Source: Zygnema circumcarinatum SAG 698-1b
Lineage: Eukaryota > Plantae > Zygnematophyceae
Direction of reading: 5' to 3'
Assembly: GCA_037447605.1 (NCBI GenBank)
Contig: CM074809.1
Coordinates: 1,912,689 to 1,976,688 of the forward strand
DNA: 64,000 nucleotides
The position numbers and the translations under genes are program-made. Positions 12,138 through 23,707 of this stretch are shown piece by piece. The first letter of the stretch is position 1. Each line of letters begins with the position of its first letter. The notes beneath the pieces were generated by a model. That model was not told the DNA's origin. It made no database searches and saw nothing but the letters and a program-made list of their open reading frames with translations.

Positions 12138-12463
12138 GGCTTCCACCTGCAGCCTTCCTGTGAGACGCTGGCAGCTCAACATGAGCGTACGAGGTGGCTG
12201 GGAGGAAAGAATCATGCCGAATGCTCAAAAAATACCTTCTCAGACTGCTAGCCATGGCGTGCTAACAACGCTGAGCTGCCATGTATGGACGCTAAGCAAG
12301 CGCAGCCATGGCGGCAGCGAGCTGACTGACGAGCCGCCTTCGTGTTACATGCAGTAATTGCAGTGTCGTAGAAATCAGTGGAACTGACGACTCGGACGTG
12401 ACAAGGAATAATCACCGTGCCATTTGACGTACAGTACGGTACAAAAGATCTCACCTCCCTGAA

Positions 12464-12540
12464 GGTTAGAATTAGGGTTAGGGTTGGGGCGAAGCTTAGG
12501 GTTCGCGTTAGGGCTAAATTTAGGTTAGGATTAGGGTTTT
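12464..12540 (+). promoter_or_regulatory. Cluster of telo-box/telomere-like motifs in the DUF167-TFIIF beta divergent promoter
   Basis: ttagggttagggtt...ttagggttcgcgttagggctaaatttaggttaggattagggtttt, ~100 bp before the TFIIF beta ATG. Confidence 0.65.
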
Positions 12541-12641
12541 CTGCAGAAGCAGAAAGGTTGGCCAGTAGAGTCGCAGGCGCGTTTCGGAGCAGGGGTCTAC
12601 GAATTTCTCTGTTTTGGGTTGGTCACCTGCTTTTGCCGTCC

Positions 12642-15343
12642 ATGGCGGGAACTGGCAGTGGAGGAGGAGGCGAAGAAAATCTAATCGAGACCGGGCGTTG
12701 TGATCGTGGCGTGTGGCTTATGAAGGTGGGATGCTTCATATTTCTGGAGGATGTCGTTTTCGCTCCTCTTTGCGTCTTGCTATCTGGATCTGCATCCATT
12801 ATTGTTGGCTCGTTCTCATCTGTTCGGCTTATGTTCTCCCCCGGTCTCTCATGTCTGCTGGTTTTCGGGTAATTTTTGTTGACACGAACGATTGCACGCA
12901 GCAGCCAGAGGTAATATTTTTTCTGTTTGTTTGATTTCCTGCGCGAGGTGGATTCTTTGTTGGAATGATGAAGCTATGCAGTCTGGCCGTAGGGAAACGT
13001 GGGCAACAGACAGCTGTTGTTTTGCTTGTTTCGCTACCAAGGCCTCGCTTGCCCGTTCCGGTTTTATTCATTTGCACTCATTTCTCGTGCTGGTGAATTT
13101 CCTCTGGTGGCAGTCCCAAGGGAGGGTGCTTGTTTTACCAGAGGTGGTGACTTATCCAGTGTGTGCTTGATCTTCTATCCTTTCTCCCTGCCATATCCTT
13201 TACTCTTTGCACTTAATGCAATACGCTGTGGTCCCAGTGAACTGACCATTTATAAGATGCTGCAGCACTATTGAATTGTTGGAGTGGAATATGTTTCGCC
13301 GCAGGTTCCAAAAGTGGTCGGTGAAACTTGGAAGGAAGCCGCAGATGGAAGTAGTGAGCCCGTTGGTGCCGTTCGAATGTCTTTGGACCCTCTGAAGGGT
13401 GCGTCGGACTCTTCCACCGAGGTGCAATACCTCCTTCCAACTGTTGCAGTTAGCCATGGGAACAGCTCTCATGGCGATTGCACACAGTATGGGAAGTCAG
13501 GGTAGGATTGTTCTGCAAATGCAGTCGATGTCAATATTTTTATGATACACTGTGAGGGTGGAGCAAAGTGAAAAGTCCTTTCTTTCCTGATCATAGAGTC
13601 TGCACTGCTCTAAACTTTCTCTATTGTCCTGCGCACCATTGCTTTACTATGGTGGTACAGTTTTCAGTTTACGTGGTGGGACGAGGTGTCGTTCAGAGTC
13701 TACCTCGTGACTTCAGCCTCAACAGCACCAGCCTTATGCCCATGCATATTTTCTCAGAAACGCCGCAAGGTATATATCAAGTCATTTTCTAAGAGAATGA
13801 GTGCCCTTCGGAATCCTTTCATTTCTAAGTATGCATTCAACACGGGTTAAAATGTCAAGGGTTTCTATCATACAGTTGGTTCAATTTAAGAATGCAAGCC
13901 CTGCAGAGCTCTGATTAGGTCATTGGTGAAATCGTTGCCGTATAATTTCCCCGTTTCTGCAGGCAAATTGGCGTTGGAGGGCAGAGTTGACAAAAAGTTT
14001 GATATGCAACCTAAAACGGACGATTTGACATATCGGTCATTTGTGAAACAGCGGGAAAAGCACTTCAATACTCCCAAGCGCACCTTGCAGGTCCTTGTGC
14101 TGCCTTCGGTGTTTGACGTGCCTGCTCTTCAAATTGCAGGACGGTCATAGTTCATTTAGCAAAGAACGGTCGTGGGGTCTTATTTTGTGAATCCGTGTGG
14201 TCTGATTGTTTTGTCACTGACAAATGCGTGCCACTTGTCAGGGTTTGCTGATATTCTTAAAGCAGTTCGTATCAAGAGAGTTGCTGCTTCAAATTGTACG
14301 TTTTTATTTTTTATTTTTCTCAGACGGAATAAACTTGCTATGTAGTGACACGGAGTAGGGCTTCGTTGGGGCCCTTTTCAGGTATGGGATCACAGTATGG
14401 GAGGGGCGAGTATGACACCGCTGCCGAGCAGTGGTCTTCGAGATTTTCGACCAGTAAGTTCCATGCCTCTGCGAGTAGATCTGCCTGAAGGGAACAAGTT
14501 GCATCAACTACTCAACCATTTGAGTGCGTTGAATTGCGAGGATCCTGGATCATTGCAGTGCAGAAATCTTTCAAAATAGATATTTCCTTGCAGCGAATGG
14601 TTAGCCAGTGCTGAATCCCTAAAGTAAAAAAGTCTGCTCGTCTTCTAGATATACAAGTCCAGTTAGTTTACTGAGTTGCTTTTTATCTTGTAACTGGGGG
14701 TATGAATTTACCAGTTCTTTTGCCTGATTGACATTTACAGAAAACTGCGAACCGCCCTCCTCCACCTGTCAAAGCGTCAGACACAAAGCGTGTTCGGATG
14801 GACAGAGAAGCCTTGGAGGCATTGGTCTTCAAGCTTTTTGAAGGGCAGGCGTATTGGGGCATGAAGCAGCTTATTGACGCCACACAACAACCACAGGTAT
14901 TGTTCACTCCGTTCTTCCTTCTCTCTGGAAAATGAATGTAATGATGTCATTGATTGATCACGTTTCTTTGTGTCTACTCCTTGGATGCAATGCAGCTTAG
15001 GCCTTCTGCTGGCAGGTCTGTTTCTCTACCGTCAAGAAAGCAGATGACAATGGCGATGATTTTGATGATGATGAAAATTGAAATGATGATGACGATGATG
15101 ATGGTGGTGGTGGTAATAGTGAAGGGTCTGTCAGGTCATCCAATGTGCTCTTGGAAAGCTGCTCTGTATGAGTCGGGTTCTGGTTGTCACGTGCTCCCAC
15201 TTTGTGACTTCCTGCAGGTGTTTCTGAAGGAGATATTGACGGCTTTATGCATATACAACAAGAGGGGGAATCACCAAGGCATGTACGAGCTAAAGCCCGA
15301 GTACAAGAAAAATACTCAAGACGATAGTAAACAAACTGCCTGA
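12642..15343 (+). CDS. GTF2F2: General transcription factor IIF subunit 2 (RAP30/TFIIF beta)
   Basis: Exons encode ETGRCDRGVWLMK / VPKVVGETW / GKLALEGRVDKKFDMQP / RMDREALEALVFKLFEGQAYWGMKQLIDATQQPQ / VFLKEILTALCIYNKRGNHQGMYELKPEYK. These give the RAP30 N-terminal and winged-helix signatures. Confidence 0.92.
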
Positions 15344-15504
15344 TGTCAACTTGGAGCCAACAGCGGCGTCGTAAGACTCCCCTCTCGGTAGAATGTTTTT
15401 GCTTGATTTTTTACGATACTATTCAGTTCAACCACATGTACAGTTACTCTTGAAAATGAAACCGTACGTTAAGACACCGTCCTTGTGAAAAATGAACACC
15501 AAAT

Positions 15505-18500
15505 TTATCGGAGGCGGTGAATGCTGTACTGCTGCATCTCATAAAGCTCTCGGCGGCGTTGCTCGTAGTCACGCTCGAGGGGTACATTCCGAGAGAGCGG
15601 CTCTCTGCCGAAAGGAGACGGCCTGCCATAAAGAAACTGAGCTGCCGTTTGTGTAGCACTCGGAACGCTCTGTGGGAACAGCAGCGGCAGAGGCCGACTC
15701 TGTTTAATAAGAGGCCCTGCAGCGGCTCTCCACATGTTCTGCTGGAACTGCCGCTGGACCAGAAGTTGCGCCTGCTGCCTGCTTGCCTGCAGGACGTCCC
15801 TTGCATGCAAAAGGTGGCGCTCGTGCAGCGCAGACCATGCCGTGTTCCCATCACTCGCTTCGCTCACTTTTTGCGAACCCGTGGGGTATGGTCCTCGCTT
15901 CTGCTGCAAAAGAGCAGGGAAGAAACGTCAGGACACCTTCTCGATGACTCGCCGGTCAGGGTGCAGCGAAAGGCAGGCAGACCGTAATGGTTGACGTGGT
16001 GTGAGGTGTGCACGAACCTGGTCGCGGGTCGGCTCTTGGTGCGCTTTCCCTTTGCTGACTTCCGGGCAGGCAAATGCAAGGTGGCCTTCTTGCCCACAGC
16101 GGCGGCATGTTTGCGGAGACCTTTCTTCGCCTGCTTGGCCTCGCGGCCCCGCGCCGCCCTGCGCCCCCCCCCCCGCATCTGCAAAGGCATTTCATCACAA
16201 TGGGCATGGGTGACCTCGCCAACGACTCCCACTGCCATCCGTGAAAATGATGTACTTTGGAAAGCACTTCGTTCATTTCAGGATCATCAATTTGTTTTTT
16301 TTCCCCTGTGAAACAAACTTTGCATGCTTGCACGCTTGAGGAACAAAACATTAATCTGACTATAGCATAATTTCTCGTCAATTTTGGCACAATACATGAA
16401 GGACTGCAATGGAGACTGCAAGGTGTAACGAGGCAGAAACAGTTCATGCATGTCCACCTTGGGCGAGTCCTTTGCCTTCATACAACCACGAGCAAAGTGG
16501 CCCTTCTCTCCACAGATAAAGCACGATTGCAAATTGACTTCCTGTCCATCCTTCACCGGCCTACGGGGCCGAGCACAGCCCTGTATTCGCAGCACAAAGC
16601 AGCTCCCAAGAAATCGTTACGGTCTCAGAGGAAGGAAGCAAGACAAAAAGTAAGACAAGGTTCGTTTTCCAGCCTCTTTTGCGACTTTTATTCTAATCAG
16701 GACCAAAGGTGCCACGGGCTTGAACAAACTCTCTCCCACACCGTTATGGTCCGTCGGTTACTGGACGCGAAATTCACTAGTTTGCAACACATGAAAAAGT
16801 GAGGCCAATGATTGAGCTTCAAAGCCTGCCGGCTTCGGGGACCAAAACTTTGTTTTTTTAGAAGCCCTCCACTATGAGACAGGCCAATGTAATCAAAGAG
16901 AATTTACTTGTGCGTGGATCGCAAATCTCTCGAACTTCTGAAGGTTTTCTCACCTCTCCTGCATGTCCAGTCTCGCCGCAATTGTAGCATGTCACATGAG
17001 GTGGTGCCTCCAGCGAGATATTTGCACAAGACAGGTGGCCTCTCTGCCGACACACATAGCATTCCACAAGCTGTATGCCCCCCCAGCTGGCCCGCCATGC
17101 ATCAGACGAGCCCTTGAGCTCTTGTTGGGACGAAGCAAACACTCTCCTGTCCCACATGCCTCCCATGCACAGCTGATCATGTCAGCTGCCAAATGCTGCC
17201 TCTAATCTTCCTGCGAACTTTAGGGAGCAAGCAAGCGATCCAGGAACTCACTATCCTTTTGCAAGTTCATAACATCTCACAGATGGACACACTTAATCAC
17301 ATTCTCAGCCACCTTGAGATCTTTTGAGTCATAATCTCGCCGGCACTTGGACGCATCGTGACCAGATCGGCCACATCGCATGCAGATGTCTTTTTTCCCG
17401 ATTGCAGGCTCGACCAGTGACTCCTTGTTGGGGCAGTCAGAATACATATGGCCATTCTTTCGACAAACGAAGCACTGTGTTTTCTGCATGTACGAACAGC
17501 CAAAATCACAAATCTAGCAGGTCTAGCTTAGTCCTCCCTTTTGCTCACGTTAACTTCCCTGTAATAGGAAGTGCCTCCGCAAAGTTTCACAGGGCCTATG
17601 TCCATTCCACTGAGACCATACATTGCATGTTTCTGCAGCGGATTGACGAAGTGAGTGGAACGTTTCAAGTAACTTCAAACCACAAAATGTGAAAAGCATT
17701 ACTTTCGAAAACGCGATGAGGGCTCAAACCTGAGGGCAATCTCGTCCGTCATGGCCAAGCTGACTACACACAAAGCAGGGCCGTACGCGAGCAGGCCCCA
17801 CACAGTCCCGAGAAATGTGTCCCGGCTCTCCACATTTGAAGCACAGCTGCCCCTTGTCATGCACAGTGAAATATCTTGCTCCCCTCTGCGATTCCCCCCC
17901 ATTCTCCCCTCCAAACAAAAGGTTAACCTGTGAAACGAGTTCTTCAACAAGGATGGCCACGCTTGCAGTTCAAAAGTCGCACATATGCCCACCAAAAAAC
18001 TCTTTCAGAAGTAGCAAGAATCGCACCAAGAAGGACCTTATCCTATTTAAGCACCTTCGGGTATGCTATTCTGGAGTATCGGGGTCGACTTGGCGAGACA
18101 TACGGGGGACAAAAAATCTCACCAAAAGTCTGCGCATTTCAATAGTATCCTCCACACCATTCTGAGGTGGTTCTGGCGCGTCGACATCAGGTGCGTCCAA
18201 TCCAAAAGATTGCGTCGTCTTTTTCTTGCTTACTGCGACTACAAGTCCTCCCTCAGACGCTTGACTTTCTCGTTTTCTTTTCTGCATAATTTGAAGATTC
18301 ACGTTAACACCCCAACACCCCGCAGCAAACTGGGATTGAGTATTTCACTTACCGACACATTGAGGCCAAGAGTTACAATAAAATAATAAATCAGTGCAGC
18401 TGAACTCGAGCTTAAAACACACACACATACAGACAGTCGCTTCCAGAGAACACCAACTACGTAAGCCGCTTTCCACAGGCATGGCAAAGCTGACAACACC

Positions 18501-18825
18501 AAAACAGACAACTCATATCAGGAGCTGGAAACTGCAAATTTTCAAGAAATTCCACCTTTTTTCCTTTCTTTTTAACGCTCGATGACGGCTGTTGTTCCTC
18601 AAGCTCTTCTCCCTCCTGCTCCCTCCTGTCAACAGGCTCCTCCACAGCGCTGGGAGTTCCAGCTTCTGCCATGATCCTCGCCTTCTCCAATATTTCAACT
18701 GTCAGATCAGCATCACCTTCACTCCCATCTCCGCCCTGAGGAGACGCCTCATTAGACGAGACCGCAGCCTTCGCTCTCCTCCGCCCGGCCATGACCTCCC
18801 CCAGACCTCCGTCCAACCCTAACAT
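15505..18825 (-). CDS. Multi CCHC zinc-knuckle protein (At3g43590 / AIR1-2 / ZCCHC7-like); start 18825 or 18792
   Basis: Knuckles include CFKCGEPGHISRDC, CFVCSQLGHDGRDC, CFVCRKNGHMYSDC, CMRCGRSGHDASKC, CYNCGETGHAGE.., CFICGEKGHFARGC and CRRCGQEGHLAFAC. DLTVEILEKA and RRLL-RGARYF match recalled At3g43590. Stop at 15505. Confidence 0.85.
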
Positions 18826-19079
18826 CGGCAAAGAAGGAGCGGCGCTTATTTCCGCCAAAGTATCCTTTAGGCGACGTCATGTGTTCATTCAGAGGACGCC
18901 TTACGGCGCGTTTGGACACTCCTGAGGACAAATTGATCGAAACTGGATTCCGTATACCAACAAAACCACGGGCTTTGCTGATTAGGGTTTGACGCTGCGA
19001 AGCGGAGGAAGGAGGTTACTTGGTGTCAGGGAAGTAGCCATGGCCACATTTTAGGGTTTGATACGAAGGCGTAGCGAGG

Positions 19080-22000
19080 ATGAGTGACGAGGAGGGAGGA
19101 GGGGAAAAGGTCATTGTGCGGGAAGAAGCCATGGCATGCTTTGAGGATTGCAGTGATGTTGGTTTGCAGTACGCTGTTACGGAAGACATGGAAGGAAAGG
19201 AGGCTATCGGGGAAGTTCCCATTTGGAGCGGTACATCGACGGAGGAGTGGGCCCTTCATGCAGTGCTACCTCTATATGCGAAGGAGCTTTTGGCTGGGGG
19301 CATTGCAGGTGGCGCTGCCAAAACTGCTGTTGCTCCGTTGGAACGGATCAAAATTCTATTTCAGGTTAGCGGACAGTAGGTCTACCGTCCCCATCGAGCT
19401 CTTTAGATAAATCCGTGTTAAGGGTTTTTTTTTTTTTTTTCTGAGTGCAATGTTAGCAATAAATCAGCTTGTACCTTGGTGAAATGACAGTTGTTCTTTT
19501 TCAAGATGTGAAGTGTGATGTGCGCAGTTGGACAGGGTCAGAAATTCACATGAGCTATGTCGAAGGTGATCGTTCGTAATGTTGTAATCTGAATTTTTAA
19601 TTTCATCTTGTCAGTTAAGCTCAATTAATGACTACTTTCAAATACCTCTTTTGTAGTGGCCAGTTTGAAGTGAGGAAGCCTCTGTAGTAGCTGGAAGGGC
19701 ATTAAAGCTCGATCGGTTTCTGTTTCTGTCACCATCTGGATTTGGTCACGGAGTATTTATATACGTTAAAAGCCAGGGTCCGCAGTATGATTTAAGGCTC
19801 CTGAAGCCGGTGGAAGCAGTAGTCCATGTAGGAGCTGATTCAAGCCTTCTAAGGCTACCAATGACCTCTGCTAAACCCTTTGGGCATGGAGTTTATGCGT
19901 GTGAGTGCTCGAAATACCTGGAAGTCTCCTTATCCTCCTCATGGTCGACGTGCAGACGAAGAAGGGGAATTTTCAAAAGATTGGAGTGTGGCGCTCGCTA
20001 GGTGTCATCCTTCGTGACGAAGGGTTTTTGGGGTTTTTCAGGTTAGTCATTTAAGGACTTACTTTGTTTTTTTGGCTTTTCTTTAAGAAGGAAATTGTCA
20101 GTCATTGCATCACTTGGCATTCCAGCTGACAATCCTGACCAGGGCTGTTTCGGGTAAGTCGGAAGGAGGCAGAGCTATGTAAGGGCTAGGAAAGCGTGAC
20201 ATGTTTAAGTTTTCAATCTATTGCGCTTTTGAGCCTACCGCCTTTTGCCAAATGTGCAGAAATAGCTATTGGAAGTTTGTTTACCACATGCAAAGCTATA
20301 CATGTGATACATGAGTCAAACACAACTTTCGACTTTGGGATATCCTCGTGCATGAAGGAATCTTGTTCCATATTCTGCTTTTATGCCAACATCTCCTTTC
20401 TCTTCCGGCCTGCACAGGGCCCACCGATCAATGGGCACATGCCACCCTCGTGTGGGTTCAGGGGGAATGGTGCGAGCGTGGCACGAGTGGTCCCATACGC
20501 AGCGCTGCACTTCATGACGTACGAGCAGTACCGCCGGTGGATCGTTTCATGCTATCATCCATCCGTTAAGATCAGCCCTGTGGTGGATCTACTCGCTGGC
20601 TCAATGGCGGGTGCAACGGCCGTGGTGTGCACGTATCCCTTAGACCTCATTCGTACACGGCTGGCTTATCAGGTAAAGCTGAACGAACGGTCCTCGGTTG
20701 TGCGAGCTATGTTGCTTTTTATCATCCATTGCTCATACGGTTCAGCCTTGCAATGCCGCTTGAAGCTCCACCTTGAAGCCTAGTCATGATGTTGTTGGTG
20801 GGTTTCAAGCTGAAGAGTAACAGAGTGCTGAGAATCCCTCCCTTGCAGGTTATAACTATGTCTACTGGGGCAGCCATGGCTGTGGGAGGGACAACTCCTG
20901 TCTTCCGTGGCATTGGAGATGCGTTTATCTGCATTTTTCGTGAAGGAGGACTGCGAGGACTTTACATGGGAGTAGGTCTGTAGCCGTACTGCTGCTGTGG
21001 CTTTATGAGATCCTACTGAATTAGAATTGAAAGTTGTTAATGCTGTTATCTTTGTCACTATGAGTTGCGCGGCATGTTTCTTGTATATTTTGATTTTTAC
21101 CTGGTCTCTGCGCCGAGAAAGCATTGGTTGTCTGCGTTGTTTTCTTTCCCTTTATTTGTGTCTCGGTGTTTTCTCACGGATGCAGGACATCCTTCAGTTC
21201 CCATCTATCCATTCTTTTTTGAATACTAGGGAAACGAACTGCATGAACTTGGTTTCTTTTAGCAAATTATGTATGCGGGAAACCAGCCTAAACCACCACA
21301 GATAATCGGATTCAACTTATTTTCTGCCATCATTGTTGATGGGTGGTTGCAGGCCCTACCTTGTGGGGAATTTTGCCGTATGCTGGACTTAAGTTTTACA
21401 TCTATGAAACTCTGAAGGCGCAGCTACCTGCAGACGAGCCTCCTTCAATACCGCTCAAGCTGACCTTCGGCGCTGCGGCGGGTCTTGTCGGCCAAACGGT
21501 CACATATCCTCTCGATGTGGTTCGCCGCCAAATGCAGGTAACAACTGCCTCTTGCAGTACGGAATGCTGCTTCACAGGGCAGCAGCAATTGCCCCTCTGA
21601 AGGGTTTCTGCACTCCGTCTTGCAGCTGCACAACCCAGTTAGTCAAAAAAATGCTCCTTTTTGCGTTGCAGGCTGTACTTGTAGTGTGCATCTGCTCATT
21701 CTGCCGCTAAAGTAAAAAAAAAAATAGCTGAATCCCAATAAGCAGATCATAGTGAGGCCTGATATGATGCAGGTCCAACCCCCCCCCTCGCGGCACCGCG
21801 GCGCGCTGCAGGGGGTGGCCCTCATCGCGCGCACGCAGGGGTGGCGGCAGCTCTACGCGGGGCTCGGGATCAACTACCTCAAGGTGGCTAATGCTCTACT
21901 CAACTCGTGGTTTAGCTTTGTACCGTTCTTGATAGGGGTTTTGGGAAACCTGACAAGCCTGAAGGTGCAATCAACGGCTGCAGATGGTGCCGAGTGTGGC

Positions 22001-22082
22001 GGTTGGATTCACGCTCTATGACGGGCTGAAGTCGTGGCTCCGCGTGCCATCCCGAGAAAGGACGAGGACTGCCGCGGGATGA
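19080..22082 (+). CDS. COAC1: Mitochondrial carrier family, coenzyme A transporter (CoAc/SLC25A16-like)
   Basis: Three carrier signature repeats [24 protein letters not shown] and [11 protein letters not shown], plus [24 protein letters not shown]. The C-terminus [25 protein letters not shown] matches plant CoAc. Confidence 0.9.
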
Positions 22083-22146
22083 GAGGGAGGGAGGGAGGGA
22101 GGGAGGGAGGGAGGGAGGGAGGGAGGGAGGGAGGGGGGGAGGGAGG
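22083..22146. repeat. (GAGG)n microsatellite directly after the CoA carrier stop codon
   Basis: gagggagggagggagggaga... read directly. Confidence 0.9.
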
Positions 22147-22946
22147 GCCGTGGGATTGATTGCACAGCGGGGAGCTGGAGCATGCCCGGAACCAAGTCTA
22201 GGAGTTGCATAAGAAGGCATGTTGCCGTCTGGCTGGCTGTCGCTGTAACCATGTGTATAAAATGAAAAAAGGTGTCCATAAATAATGCGACAAATGTCAT
22301 TAGTCTATGGACTTCTCAAGCGGCAGCTTCAGCTTGTCTTCGGAGGAGTCTCGATGGCGGCACTGCAGTCTGGCCTTAGGCTGAGCTCTTGTCGCTTGTT
22401 GACTCCTTTCTCATAGGGGACCATCCTGTTCCCTTCGGTCACCCTATTACCGGTCGCCATTAATTTTCGCCATGCGCCATTACTTTTTGTTAGCTACGAC
22501 ACCCCCTATTCGGAGTGATATCTGAGCCAAGCTGCGCTTATCCCCTTTCAGTAGGTGCTGCCCTTTCACTCGGAGCCGCTTGCAGGACGGGCGGGTGGGA
22601 GATGTGATGTGCGGGTATTACCGCATGGCTGCGGAGCTCCAAAATGTGTGCACGGTGTGTGGTGAATTGCGCGTCTGGTCATGTTCTTCCTTGGGCTCAG
22701 AGGCCGTCTGTGGACCTCATGAGAGTGGTGATGGGACGTGTTGAGCAGAACAACAACATTCGACGCTCGTTTGTACGTTTCTGTGAGACGGCAGTTGTGC
22801 GCAGCATCGCGAAACGCTTACGTGGCGCGAGGCTGAGTCAGCACGACCTCTAGGTGTTCCCTGATTCACGGATTTGGTCTGTGAAATGCCACATTTGAGC
22901 GGTGCGTTTAGTTCGCCTACTTCCGTACGAATTGGGTAGTGCCTTA

Positions 22947-22981
22947 CAGTACAGTACTGAAAATAAGAGGACCCCCCACTG
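22947..22981. mobile_element. 35-bp remnant carrying one TIR of the pogo-like MITE family
   Basis: AAAATAAGAGGACCCCCCACTG is the reverse complement of the CAGTGGGGGGTCCTC.TATTT TIR at 39107. The remnant is bounded TA|CAGT...ACTG|TA. Confidence 0.6.
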
Positions 22982-23707
22982 TACAGTACTTCTGTGAGCC
23001 AACCAGTTTACCGTACCATACCGTACAAAACAGTCGGGGTTCTGTACGAATGGCGAGTTTCCGTACGGCCATGCACAGTGCCATCAATCCCGATCTGGCC
23101 GTACGCCGTACAGATTCGGCGATTGCAGTTCTGCGACGCGGACAGGATCCGACACTGCGCGTCGGCGCTCCCAGTAGATTCGCCTGCAGATTTTGCGTAC
23201 ACGTCGCTGTCTCTCATTGGCTTGCTCTCCCCGTGGGCACTCAACCAGGACCAGTTACCGTGTACCACGTGGTCAGCCACAGCGAGCCGCCGTACGCCAG
23301 TTGGCGCGCGGCGTGGTCGAACGGCAGAGGCGGCGAGGCGCCGGCTAGGGCCCTTAGTGGACCCGCCAAGTGGACCCACCAAGTAGATCCGCAACGCCCG
23401 AGCGAGGTCCCTGATGAGCAAGGGTTCATAGGTGCGCACCCAACAGTGCTGGGCCGCGTGGAGGTCAACTCCTTGACTTTCTTAAGTCAACCAGATAAAC
23501 TGTTGCACGATCCACTCCGGATTAGGGCTTGAACGTTAGACGGCCCTGCGGGCGGGAGCCGAGAAAGTGGGAAAGGGAGAGGGAGCAGGCGAGGGAGAGG
23601 AAACGTTGCGCCCTCTGGCCTGCGGGGTAGAGGCCATGGCGGAAGCGTGAGGCTGGGGGGAGGGAAAGAGGCGCATAGAATTACAGCTTTGGCGCTCGCT
23701 TGTGGCC

